64,000 nucleotides of DNA from a virus: the IMG/VR virus record IMGVR_UViG_3300042945_002173; one strand, given 5' to 3'. The number at the start of each line of letters is the position of its first letter. The first letter of the stretch is position 1. A model generated the notes under the pieces. It saw only the letters and a list, made by a program, of their open reading frames with translations. It made no database searches and was not told the origin of the DNA. Below are positions 1 to 9,447 of this stretch, one piece after another. Made by a program: the position numbers and the translations under genes.

Positions 1-323
1 CCATTTATAATACAATCACTTTGTTGCGAGAAAAAGCAAGAGAGACTTACAATAGAGTTAAACTTGAAAGGTATAACTACTACACTGGAAAGGCACCCAT
101 AGAGGTTTATGAAGAAGAACCGTTCCCATATAAAGTTCGGGACAAAGAGGCATTGCAGAGGCATATGGATGGCGATGAGAAGTTAAGTAAAGTAGAACTC
201 AAAATAAGATACTATGACATTATGTTGAAGTTTTTAGAAGAAGTTATTAAGACTATTTCTAATCGAACATTCCAAATCAAAAATGCTATTGAGTGGCATA
301 GGTTCCAAGCAGGGTTTAACTAA
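1..323 (+). CDS. uvsY: UvsY recombination mediator (5' end lies upstream of the window)
   Basis: YYTGKA...R.FQIKNAIEW.RF..G C-terminus typical of T4-like UvsY; near uvsW. Confidence 0.85.
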   Translation, partial: IYNTITLLREKARETYNRVKLERYNYYTGKAPIEVYEEEPFPYKVRDKEALQRHMDGDEKLSKVELKIRYYDIMLKFLEEVIKTISNRTFQIKNAIEWHRFQAGFN

Positions 324-341
324 ATAAAAATAAAAAGTTAA

Positions 342-1028
342 ATGAAAACTTTTAGAGAGTTTATATCAGAGGCGGGGGCAACTTCTACAAGATTGGGTAT
401 AAGAACACAAGAAATTATTAACCGTTCTCGAAATACTCCAACAAGTTTGTCTGCACCATATACTTCTTCAAATCCAAGTCCACAAGAACTTGCAGATCGT
501 CGAAGAGATTTTGGTAATTTAAAACCTGGACAAACTAGTTTAGATACATTACATAATTTATTCAATTACGCAAAACAAAGAGCACAAGGAATTTATCCAG
601 AAACAAAACATTCGCAAAGAACAAGAGAGAATCCAATTAGAAGTAGACCAACTCCACCAAATGCAGTGAAGACTAGTAGTGGTTCACTCACAAGAACTTA
701 TCAACCAGTTAGAAGCACTCAAAATCCTTTAACTCCTTCTGTTAGAGATGAAAGAAGAGCAGCAGCAGGATCATCTGGTCAAGGTTCAACACCAAAAGGT
801 CCAAAACTTTATAGACAATCTGTAAGTGGCGTTTCTGTTGGCGATGATCCGTTTGCAGTTATAAAATCTGCTAGTACACAACCAAAACCACTCCCCAAAC
901 CCAGAGGAACAAGAGGTGGTTCTTCATCATTACCAAATTTAGGACGTCCTGGAATTGGATTTAAAATGGATGTTGGACATAAACCAGGTGACAGATATGG
1001 AATAAGTGGTATTGGTCTTGCAGACTGA
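342..1028 (+). CDS. Basic low-complexity protein with T4 capsid-targeting-like N-terminus (putative internal head protein)
   Basis: Starts MKTFREFISE (compare T4 IPIII MKTYQEFIAE); late-promoter-like CTAAATA upstream; S/T/P/R/G-rich body. Confidence 0.55.
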   Translation: MKTFREFISEAGATSTRLGIRTQEIINRSRNTPTSLSAPYTSSNPSPQELADRRRDFGNLKPGQTSLDTLHNLFNYAKQRAQGIYPETKHSQRTRENPIRSRPTPPNAVKTSSGSLTRTYQPVRSTQNPLTPSVRDERRAAAGSSGQGSTPKGPKLYRQSVSGVSVGDDPFAVIKSASTQPKPLPKPRGTRGGSSSLPNLGRPGIGFKMDVGHKPGDRYGISGIGLAD

Positions 1029-1050
1029 GAGGCAGAAATGCCTCTTTTTT
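1027..1050 (+). terminator. Intrinsic terminator
   Basis: AGAGGCA-GAAA-TGCCTCT followed by T run. Confidence 0.8.
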
Positions 1051-1052
1051 AT

Positions 1053-1060
1053 TATAAATA
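1053..1060 (+). promoter_or_regulatory. T4-type late promoter
   Basis: TATAAATA about 22 nt before the GIY-YIG gene. Confidence 0.75.
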
Positions 1061-1082
1061 ATATGGGACGGAAAAATGCTCT

Positions 1083-1736
1083 ATGGCATTTATATACAAA
1101 ATAACTAATAATATAAATCAAAAATTTTACATAGGGTTTACAGGTCAAAAAATCCCTATGCGTAGATTTAATCAACACCTATCATCTGCTCGTTCTGAAA
1201 GAAAAAATAATCAACCTATTATCAGAGCAATAAGAAAATATGGGGAAGAAAATTTTTCTTTTGAAATCCTTTTGGAAGGAGAAGAAAAATTTTTACTCAA
1301 TGTAGAAGAACCTAGATTGATAAAAGAACTAAAACCAGAATATAATTCTACATTAGGTGGTGAGGGAATACTTGGATATAAGCATACAGAAGAGACGAAA
1401 ATAAAATGTGGACTATCAACACTAGGTAGAAAAGAAAGTGAAGAGCATAAAAGATGGAGAAGTCAAAAAATTAAAGAAGGTTGGAAAAATCAGAATGTAA
1501 ATAAAAAAATAGAAGTATCTAATAGCAAATTAAATTCCAATAGTCAAAGAATTGAAATTGAAATTGAAGGAATAAAATTTAAAAGTATTAATGATGCTGC
1601 TCGTTGGGCGATGGATAAATATGGTATAGGAAGGAACACCGCAATAAGATATATTAAAGAAGGTCGTTCATTTTCCAACAAAAAACAAATGAATAGAATT
1701 TATGATGGAAAATACAGGTCAACGAAGCACCTCTAA
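1083..1736 (+). mobile_element. Free-standing GIY-YIG homing endonuclease (Seg-like, NUMOD3-type repeats)
   Basis: IYKITN...FYIG, AIRKYG.ENF, YN.TLGGEG, HTEETK; sits directly in front of uvsW. Confidence 0.85.
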
Positions 1737-3198
1737 TGGGCACATTATTATTTCAAAAAAGAATGAAGTTTTTTTACAAGTAAAAGCAGAACCTCATATC
1801 TATTATGAACTAAGAGACGCATTCCAATTTGAAGTTCCTAACGCAAAATTTTCACCAGCATATAAAAATAAATGGTGGGATGGGCGAATTTATTTGTTTA
1901 ATGTTAATACTGGAGAAATATACTGTGGTTTGTTAGACAGATTAACTAAATTTTGTAACGACTACAATTATACTTATGAGTTTGTAAACAATAAGTTTTA
2001 TGGTCTTCCTTTTGAAGTCAATGAAATGATTTCAAAGGAAGGTGTAAAAGATTATATGACTTCTATTTGCAAGTATGCTCCCCGTGAGTACCAAGTTGAG
2101 GGAGTATACGACGCTTTAAAACATAATCGAAAGTTGTTGATATCTCCAACTGCCTCTGGAAAGTCGTTGATGATATATTCGATTGTCCGATATTACGTTG
2201 AGAAAGGACAAAATACTCTGATAGTCGTTCCGACGACATCCCTTGTAGAACAGATGTATAAAGACTTTGCAGATTATGGGTGGGATGTGGGTTCATTTTG
2301 CCACAAGATATATGCGGGTAAAGAAAGAGAAACGGACTCTCAGGTGATCATTACGACCTGGCAGTCCATCTACAAACTTCCCCGACAATATTTTTCAAGA
2401 TTTAATGTGGTCGTTGGAGATGAAGCACACCAGTTTAAATCAAAGTCATTAGTATCTATAATGACAAAACTTTCTGATGCAAAATATCGTTTTGGATTTA
2501 CAGGAACCCTTGATGGCACTCAGACACACAAATGGGTTTTAGAAGGTTTATTTGGTCCTTCATACAAAATCATCAGAACAGAAGAACTGATGCAGAAGGG
2601 TCACGTTGCCAAACTGGACATTAATATTCTTCTATTGAAACACCCACCAAATAAGTTTGAGACCTTTGAGGATGAGGTTCAGTATATTATCAATCACGAG
2701 AAACGCAATAAGTTTATCAAGAATCTTGCCCTAGATCTTAAAGGCAATACTCTGATTCTCTTTTCAAGAGTAGAGGGACACGGTCAACCTTTATACGATC
2801 TCATAAATAAGAGTATCGCAGAAGATCGCCACGTGTTCTTTGTTCACGGTGGTGTAGATACTGAGGACCGAGAAAAAGTCAGAGAAATTACTGAAAAAGA
2901 AAATAATGCAATCATCGTTGCTTCTTATGGCACTTTTTCTACTGGTATTAACATTAGAAATCTACATAATGTCATCTTTGCTTCCCCTAGTAAATCAAGA
3001 ATCAGAAATCTCCAATCAATCGGAAGGGTCCTAAGAAAAAGTGAAAATAAATCAAAAGCAACTCTATATGACATTGCCGATGATATCAGTTATAAATCAA
3101 GAAAAAATTATACTCTTAATCATCTAATAGAAAGAATAAAAGTTTATAACGAAGAAAACTTTAATTATGATATTGTAAACATACCGCTTAAAAACTAA
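1702..3198 (+). CDS. uvsW: UvsW SF2 DNA/RNA helicase
   Basis: SPTASGKS Walker A, DEAH, QSIGRVLR motif VI; start codon uncertain. Confidence 0.95.
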   Translation: MMENTGQRSTSNGHIIISKKNEVFLQVKAEPHIYYELRDAFQFEVPNAKFSPAYKNKWWDGRIYLFNVNTGEIYCGLLDRLTKFCNDYNYTYEFVNNKFYGLPFEVNEMISKEGVKDYMTSICKYAPREYQVEGVYDALKHNRKLLISPTASGKSLMIYSIVRYYVEKGQNTLIVVPTTSLVEQMYKDFADYGWDVGSFCHKIYAGKERETDSQVIITTWQSIYKLPRQYFSRFNVVVGDEAHQFKSKSLVSIMTKLSDAKYRFGFTGTLDGTQTHKWVLEGLFGPSYKIIRTEELMQKGHVAKLDINILLLKHPPNKFETFEDEVQYIINHEKRNKFIKNLALDLKGNTLILFSRVEGHGQPLYDLINKSIAEDRHVFFVHGGVDTEDREKVREITEKENNAIIVASYGTFSTGINIRNLHNVIFASPSKSRIRNLQSIGRVLRKSENKSKATLYDIADDISYKSRKNYTLNHLIERIKVYNEENFNYDIVNIPLKN

Positions 3199-3611
3199 TG
3201 GGAGAAGAGTTTTACGCAGCAATCAAATTAGTAACAGGTGAAGAAATATTTTCTCTAATATGTGTTGATGAGAATGATGGGGATCCTATCATAATTCTTC
3301 AAAATCCTGTCATAATGAAAGTTATTAATAATCATATAGGTCAATACGTAAAAGTAAAACCATGGATGGAAATACCATCTGATGATTTCTTTATTATAAA
3401 ATACGATAAGATCGTTACTATGACTGAAGTTAAAGAAAGTCAAATGATAACCTTCTATGAGAGATATCTTAATGAAGAAGATGTTGATATAGAACTGGAT
3501 GGTAAGGTAAAGATATCAAATAAGATGGGATATATCTCTTCTGTTGAAGATGCTAGAAAGAACTTAGAGAATATTTTTCGTAAAGATCTTAAAGATAATA
3601 AAGAAAGCTAG
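3198..3611 (+). CDS. Conserved cyanophage hypothetical protein (Sm-like, KLVTGEEI motif)
   Basis: Coupled to uvsW by TAATG overlap; usual position between uvsW and g55. Confidence 0.6.
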   Translation: MGEEFYAAIKLVTGEEIFSLICVDENDGDPIIILQNPVIMKVINNHIGQYVKVKPWMEIPSDDFFIIKYDKIVTMTEVKESQMITFYERYLNEEDVDIELDGKVKISNKMGYISSVEDARKNLENIFRKDLKDNKES

Positions 3612-3617
3612 AGTCTC

Positions 3618-3667
3618 ATCTTCAACGGGAACAAAGGGATTCTACTCATAATTTCGTATGTTGTCAA
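3618..3667 (-). promoter_or_regulatory. Antisense sigma70-type promoter with conserved leader (copy 1)
   Basis: Minus strand TTGACA-17nt-TAGAAT-CC-CTTTGTTCCCGTTGAAGAT; same element at 49184-49233. Confidence 0.65.
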
Positions 3668-3724
3668 GTCCTGAAAGTATGGTATAATATACATAACGAA
3701 AATTTATCTACAAAGACCGATGTT

Positions 3725-4252
3725 ATGTCCAAGAAGAAATCAGAACATTATGTAAACAACAAAGAGTTACTTGAAGCATTAATTGTTTATAGAACTAAAG
3801 TTGAAAAATCATACTTGAAGAAGTACGATAAAGATCTCACAAAGCAACCCAAAGAGGAAAGAGCAAAGCACTGGGAAGGTAAACCACCAATCTCTAATTA
3901 TCTGGGTGAGTGTTTCTTGAAAATCGCTACACATCTTTCATACAAACCAAACTTTGTGAATTATATGTTTAGAGATGATATGATCTCTGATGGTATTGAA
4001 AATTGTGTTCAATATATTCACAACTTTGATCCTGAGAAGTCTAAAAACCCCTTTGCTTACTTTACTCAAATTATTCACTATGCTTTTCTCCGTCGTATTC
4101 AAAAGGAGAAGAAGCAACTGGAAATCAAGACCAAGATCATTGAACGAACTGGTTTTGATGAGGTTATGATGGTTGACGATAGCTTGCTTTCTGGAAGCAG
4201 TTCGGACTATAATACAATCAAAGATAACGTTGCCTACAAAACTAACCGATGA
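3725..4252 (+). CDS. g55: Late sigma factor gp55
   Basis: HYVNNKE, KPNFVNY, DMISDGIENC, NPFAYFTQI motifs. Confidence 0.95.
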   Translation: MSKKKSEHYVNNKELLEALIVYRTKVEKSYLKKYDKDLTKQPKEERAKHWEGKPPISNYLGECFLKIATHLSYKPNFVNYMFRDDMISDGIENCVQYIHNFDPEKSKNPFAYFTQIIHYAFLRRIQKEKKQLEIKTKIIERTGFDEVMMVDDSLLSGSSSDYNTIKDNVAYKTNR

Positions 4253-5289
4253 AGGTTGCCATTATAACAGATCAGCATTTCGGGGCCCGTAAATCCTCTA
4301 AGTTTCTTCACGATTATTTCAAAAAATTCTATGATGAAATTTTCTTTCCTTACTTAGAGGAAAATAATATCAAGACAGTTATTGATATGGGCGATACTTT
4401 TGATAATCGCAGATCAATTGACTTATGGGCACTTGAATGGGCAAAAGAAAATTATTATGATCGTCTCCAACAAATGGGCGTTACTGTTCATACCATTGTT
4501 GGAAATCATACTGCTTACTATAAAAATACTAACTCGGTCAATACTGTAGATTTATTGTTAAAGCAATATGAAAACGTAAAAGTCTATTCAGAAGCAACCG
4601 AAGTTAAACTGGATAAACTTAAAGTTCTGTTTATACCCTGGATTAATCAAGAAAATGAGGAAACTACTTTCAAACTTATTCAAAGTGTATCTTGCAAGTG
4701 TGCGATGGGGCACCTTGAACTCAATGGATTTAGAGCGCATCGTGGACACGTCATGGAAGACGGTATGGAAAGCGAACTATTTGACAAGTTCGAACTTGTC
4801 TTCTCGGGACACTATCACACTCGATCGAATAACGGAAAAATCTTCTACCTAGGAAATCCTTATGAGATGTTCTGGAATGATGTGAATGATACCAGAGGAT
4901 TTCATATTTTTGATACTGATACCTTAGAGTTTGAACCAGTTAATAATCCATTCAAACTCTTCTACAACGTTTATTATGAAGATACAAACTATAAACTATT
5001 CGATGCTCGTGAATATCAGAGTAAAATTGTAAAGGTAATTGTTAAAAAGAAGAGCGATCAAAAGAATTTTGAGAAGTTCATTGATAAACTTTATTCTTCT
5101 GGAATTCAAGAACTCAAAATTGTAGAGAACTTTGAAATTCACATAGATGAAGATTTCGAAGTTGAGGAAACTGAAAACACAATTTCTATTTTGAATAGAT
5201 ATATTGACGAATCTGAAATTGATTGTGATAAATCAATTATCAAAGGAATTCTACAAAAAATATACTCACAGGCTTGCGAGGTTGAGTAA
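4249..5289 (+). CDS. g47: Recombination endonuclease subunit gp47 (Mre11/SbcD-like)
   Basis: TDQHFG, GDTFD, GNH, SGHYH metallophosphoesterase motifs. Confidence 0.95.
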   Translation: MKVAIITDQHFGARKSSKFLHDYFKKFYDEIFFPYLEENNIKTVIDMGDTFDNRRSIDLWALEWAKENYYDRLQQMGVTVHTIVGNHTAYYKNTNSVNTVDLLLKQYENVKVYSEATEVKLDKLKVLFIPWINQENEETTFKLIQSVSCKCAMGHLELNGFRAHRGHVMEDGMESELFDKFELVFSGHYHTRSNNGKIFYLGNPYEMFWNDVNDTRGFHIFDTDTLEFEPVNNPFKLFYNVYYEDTNYKLFDAREYQSKIVKVIVKKKSDQKNFEKFIDKLYSSGIQELKIVENFEIHIDEDFEVEETENTISILNRYIDESEIDCDKSIIKGILQKIYSQACEVE

Positions 5290-5576
5290 TGTTTCTTCTC
5301 ACTCTTAAAGATCAAAAAGAAGACGGAGCATACGCTGTTCAAAACCGATATGGGGAAAAAGTTCTTTTCCTCTTTGAAGAAGAAGATGATGCGGTTCGTT
5401 ATGCTTTGATGCTTGAAGAGCAAGAAGATACTGAAATGGATGTTGTAGAAGTCGATGATACACTTGCAATAATGACCTGTAAGCGGTATAATTATAAGTA
5501 TGCCGTCGTTACACCAAACGATATTGTTATTCCCCCGAAATTGAATGATAACCTTTCAAAAGATCCGTTGGCGTAA
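5289..5576 (+). CDS. Hypothetical protein, DUF3110-like
   Basis: LFEEEDDAVRYALMLE resembles the cyanobacterial DUF3110 motif. Confidence 0.5.
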   Translation: MFLLTLKDQKEDGAYAVQNRYGEKVLFLFEEEDDAVRYALMLEEQEDTEMDVVEVDDTLAIMTCKRYNYKYAVVTPNDIVIPPKLNDNLSKDPLA

Positions 5577-7272
5577 TTTTCTTTCTACTGGAAACAGTTT
5601 TACGGAAGTTAATTTTCAGAGCAATCATACAAATCTTATTATTGGTACAAACGGAGCAGGGAAGTCAACCATTCTTGATGCGTTGACTTTTGTTTTGTTC
5701 AATAAACCTTTCCGAAAGATTAATAAACCTCAACTGGTCAACACAACCAATGAAAGAGAATGTGTTGTAGAAGTTGAGTTTACGATCAACACTAGAGAAT
5801 ACCTTGTTCGACGTGGTATCAAACCTTCTGTGTTTGATATTGTTGTGAATGGAACTCCAATGCATCGTGAGGCAGATGATCGTGCAATGCAAAGAATTCT
5901 AGAAGAGAGTATTTTAAAACTAAATTATAAGTCTTTTACTCAAATTGTAATTCTAGGTAGCAGTACTTTTGTTCCCTTTATGCAGTTGACTACTGCTAAT
6001 CGGCGTGAGGTGATTGAGGATCTTTTAGATATTCGTGTATTCTCTGCAATGAATAATATTGTAAAGGATAAACTTCGGGAGAAGAAAGAACAGGTTAAGT
6101 CTTTGGATTTGAAAAAAGAAAATATCAAAGATAAGATGAAGATGCAACAGGACTTCATCGAAGAGTTAGAGAATCGTGGTAATGCCAATATTAATATCAA
6201 CAAAGAAAAGATTATCAAGTTAGATTCTGAAGTTGGTAATTGTTTAAAAGATAATGAAAGTATTCAAGATGATATTGATCTTTTAGTTCAGAAGCAGGAA
6301 ACTCTAACTGGTGCTGGAGATAAGTTAGTGAAACTGAACAATCTAAAAGGTAAACTATCTCAAAAAGTAAGTGTTATTACCAAAGAGCATAAGTTTTTCA
6401 CAGAAAATACGGTATGCCCTACTTGCACTCAGAACATTGAAGAAGAGTTTCGGTTAAATAGAATTACAGACGCTCAAAATAAAGCAAAGGAACTCCAGAA
6501 AGGTTTTCAAGAACTCGAGGAGACTATAAATTTAGAACAGGATAGAGAGCGTCAATTCACAGTTCTTTCCAAGGAGATTACGAAACTCAACCATGAGATT
6601 TCTCAAAACAATACTCGGATTTCAATCAACCAGAGACAAATCCGAGATCTTGAAAATGAAATTCAAACAATTGCCCAAAACCTTGCAAACAGAAATACTG
6701 AGCATGAGAAATTAGAGGAATTTAAAGAAAATCTCCAAAAAACATTCGAAGACCTCTCAAAGAAAAAAGAAGAAATCGTTTATTACGATTTTGCCTACTC
6801 CTTACTCAAGGATGATGGCGTTAAAACGAAGATAATTAAGAAGTATCTTCCGTTCATAAATCAGCAGGTGAATCGTTATCTTCAAATGATGGATTTTTAT
6901 ATTAACTTCCATCTGGATGAAGAATTCAATGAAACTGTAAAATCACCCATTCACGAAGACTTTTCTTACAGTTCTTTCAGTGAGGGTGAAAAAATGAGAA
7001 TCGACCTTGCTCTTCTCTTTACTTGGAGAGAAGTAGCACGAGTCAAAAATTCCGTTAATACTAATCTGCTGATTATGGATGAAGTCTTTGATTCTTCACT
7101 TGATGGATTTGGAACTGATGAGTTTCTGAAAATTATTCGTTACGTGATTAAAGACGCTAATATCTTTGTGATCTCTCATAAGTCAGACCTGCATGACAAA
7201 TTTGAAAGTGTCATAAGGTTCGAAAAGGTCAAGGGTTTCTCCCGTATGATGTCCTCACAAGCACAAGACTAA
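5545..7272 (+). CDS. g46: Recombination endonuclease subunit gp46 (Rad50/SbcC-like ATPase)
   Basis: GTNGAGKST, CPTC zinc hook, FSEGE signature, LIMDEVFD. Confidence 0.95.
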   Translation: MITFQKIRWRNFLSTGNSFTEVNFQSNHTNLIIGTNGAGKSTILDALTFVLFNKPFRKINKPQLVNTTNERECVVEVEFTINTREYLVRRGIKPSVFDIVVNGTPMHREADDRAMQRILEESILKLNYKSFTQIVILGSSTFVPFMQLTTANRREVIEDLLDIRVFSAMNNIVKDKLREKKEQVKSLDLKKENIKDKMKMQQDFIEELENRGNANININKEKIIKLDSEVGNCLKDNESIQDDIDLLVQKQETLTGAGDKLVKLNNLKGKLSQKVSVITKEHKFFTENTVCPTCTQNIEEEFRLNRITDAQNKAKELQKGFQELEETINLEQDRERQFTVLSKEITKLNHEISQNNTRISINQRQIRDLENEIQTIAQNLANRNTEHEKLEEFKENLQKTFEDLSKKKEEIVYYDFAYSLLKDDGVKTKIIKKYLPFINQQVNRYLQMMDFYINFHLDEEFNETVKSPIHEDFSYSSFSEGEKMRIDLALLFTWREVARVKNSVNTNLLIMDEVFDSSLDGFGTDEFLKIIRYVIKDANIFVISHKSDLHDKFESVIRFEKVKGFSRMMSSQAQD

Positions 7273-7418
7273 TGCAAGTCCCCAACCGCTATCATCACTC
7301 TAAGAAGGAACAGAAGCGGAAATTAAAACCGCAAGCACTCCGACAAGCAAAAGCACGCCGCCAAGCACTCAAGAAGCGTCTCCAACAAGGGGACGCTTCT
7401 TTTTTAATAAATATCTAA
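7272..7418 (+). CDS. Small basic protein (48 aa), not in the ORF track
   Basis: MQVPNRYHHSKKEQKRKLKPQALRQAKARRQALKKRLQQGDASFLINI; TAATG-coupled to g46. Confidence 0.6.
   Translation: MQVPNRYHHSKKEQKRKLKPQALRQAKARRQALKKRLQQGDASFLINI
7371..7405 (+). terminator. Intrinsic terminator inside the 3' end of the small basic ORF
   Basis: AAGAAGCGTCTCC-AACAA-GGGGACGCTTCTT plus T run. Confidence 0.75.
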
Positions 7419-7435
7419 AAAAGTGTCTTTTAGAG

Positions 7436-9418
7436 ATGAATAGTAAAGAATATAAAAATTTACAAGAAGCTTATAATTCAATCTATGAGGCTTTAACCGA
7501 TCAGGCAGAATTAGATAAACTTCGTAAGGCATCTGCACAAGCAACGATGGCAGGTCCTTCAAAAGAAGCACAAGCATTGATGAGTGATAGAACTAAAAGA
7601 ATGCTTGGTGCTGATAAGTTGCAAGCAGGCATTGCTGGACAGGAAAGAGTTCAGAGAATGATGAGCGGTACGCCAGAACCTACTTCTACACCAAAACCAA
7701 CTGCACCAACACCTACTAGTACAACTGCTCCTACCCCTAAACCTGCAACGACAGTTAAACCAGGAGATTTTGGTACAACAATGGGTCCTGGACCAACATT
7801 TAAGGGTGGACCAGTTCCTCCTCCAATTCAAAACAAAACTGTCATCAAATCACCTGTTCCTGATAGGAGTGCAGATTATCAGAGAGCTTGGGATAATCGT
7901 AATAATCCACTTGCTAAGGGGCAAATTAGAAATGCTTGGACTAAAATGAGCCCAGAAGAAAAGGCAGCAGCAAAAGAATGGGCAAAGACAAATAATAAAA
8001 ATTGGCAGGAAATGGGGCTTCCCGAACAGAGAGATACTTATGATCAAGTTCTACAAATTCTTTTAGATGAAGGATACTCTGAGCAAGAGTGTAATCAAAT
8101 AATGGTTCAACTTGTGAATGAGGCTGGTCTTGGGGATTTTGTTAAAGCAGTTCAGCAAAGAACTGGTATTGGCAAACCAGGTGTTGGTCCTGGTCAAGTT
8201 GCTAAGAATATTTTGAGAGCAGGAATATCCGATATTCTTGGAACTTCTATTGCAACTGGTTCTACCCCATCATCGGTAAGTGCTGCAAAACCAACTCCAA
8301 CAGTAACATCTTCACCAACGCCAGTTGTTAGAACTTCTACCAAACCTGTTAGAACTGCACCAAAAGGTGCAAATATAGCACCAGATCCTTGGAAACAACC
8401 ATCAACACCTAGAAGTTCTGCAAAACCATCTACGACTACTGCAAGAACTTCAACAACTCCAAAAGCTTTGACTGGTTCTCCAACACCAAGAGCATTATCT
8501 GGATCTCAAACTCGTGCTGCTCTTCCAAGTGGAACACGTGGAGGTGCATTGGTCAAAGGAACACCTGGTGGCGCTATAACTCCCACTGCCAAACCTGGTG
8601 CATTAGTAAAAGTTCAAAAACCTTCTACTCCAACCACAACAACAAGAGCATTACCTGGAACTAACGTCCGTGGACTACTTCCACAGGGAGTTAGAAATGT
8701 TCTGCCAGATCCTTGGAAGCAGGCAACTGATACTGCCTCTGGTGCTAGAAACTTATGGAATAGAGTTCAGCAAGCAGTTAAACCACAAGCACAATTAAAA
8801 CCATCACAGACAAATGTTCGTGGTTTGCTTCCAGCAGCAAAACCATCACCTCAAACTGCGGCAAAACCTGCAACTTCTGTAAGATCACAGCAGTTCCAAG
8901 ATGTCCAAAGATTAAACAAAATGATGAAAGGTGGTTTGATGGGAGAACTACCAAGCACTAAACCAGCATCAAAACCCGCACCTAAACCAACTGGCAATGT
9001 AGATAAGGTAGCACCCAAACCAGCAAAACCAAGTACAAAATTAAAACTTCCTCAGGGACCAGGATCTAACACTTTTGGAAATAGAAAGCAAGGATTCTCT
9101 ATTCCTGGTGGAAGATTGGGTGCTTTTGCCGCAGGTATTCAGGCATATAATACCGCAGATGCAACTCTTAAATCTTCACCTAAGTTACCAACAACTGCAA
9201 AAGATGTTAAAAAAGGTGAAACTTATTATGATCCTTCAACAAGAATAGGACCTTCTCAGAGATTTGCTCAAAGAGAAAAGGTTGGTCCAAAAATTGTTGG
9301 TCCAGGAAAAGTTGGGACTGAGGCACAATCTTTTGATAGAGCTTATAAATCTGCAAAACAAAAAGGTGGTATGGGATCTACGTTTACTTGGAAAGGTAAA
9401 TCTTATAAAGTTGAATGA
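7436..9418 (+). CDS. Large P/T/K/A-rich late protein with shared acidic modules (putative internal virion protein)
   Basis: AATAAATA upstream; LQEAYNSIYE leader; YDQVLQILLDEGY module; long Glu-free basic region. Confidence 0.55.
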   Translation: MNSKEYKNLQEAYNSIYEALTDQAELDKLRKASAQATMAGPSKEAQALMSDRTKRMLGADKLQAGIAGQERVQRMMSGTPEPTSTPKPTAPTPTSTTAPTPKPATTVKPGDFGTTMGPGPTFKGGPVPPPIQNKTVIKSPVPDRSADYQRAWDNRNNPLAKGQIRNAWTKMSPEEKAAAKEWAKTNNKNWQEMGLPEQRDTYDQVLQILLDEGYSEQECNQIMVQLVNEAGLGDFVKAVQQRTGIGKPGVGPGQVAKNILRAGISDILGTSIATGSTPSSVSAAKPTPTVTSSPTPVVRTSTKPVRTAPKGANIAPDPWKQPSTPRSSAKPSTTTARTSTTPKALTGSPTPRALSGSQTRAALPSGTRGGALVKGTPGGAITPTAKPGALVKVQKPSTPTTTTRALPGTNVRGLLPQGVRNVLPDPWKQATDTASGARNLWNRVQQAVKPQAQLKPSQTNVRGLLPAAKPSPQTAAKPATSVRSQQFQDVQRLNKMMKGGLMGELPSTKPASKPAPKPTGNVDKVAPKPAKPSTKLKLPQGPGSNTFGNRKQGFSIPGGRLGAFAAGIQAYNTADATLKSSPKLPTTAKDVKKGETYYDPSTRIGPSQRFAQREKVGPKIVGPGKVGTEAQSFDRAYKSAKQKGGMGSTFTWKGKSYKVE

Positions 9419-9447
9419 ACTATAAATATTTAAAAAGTATTCATAAA

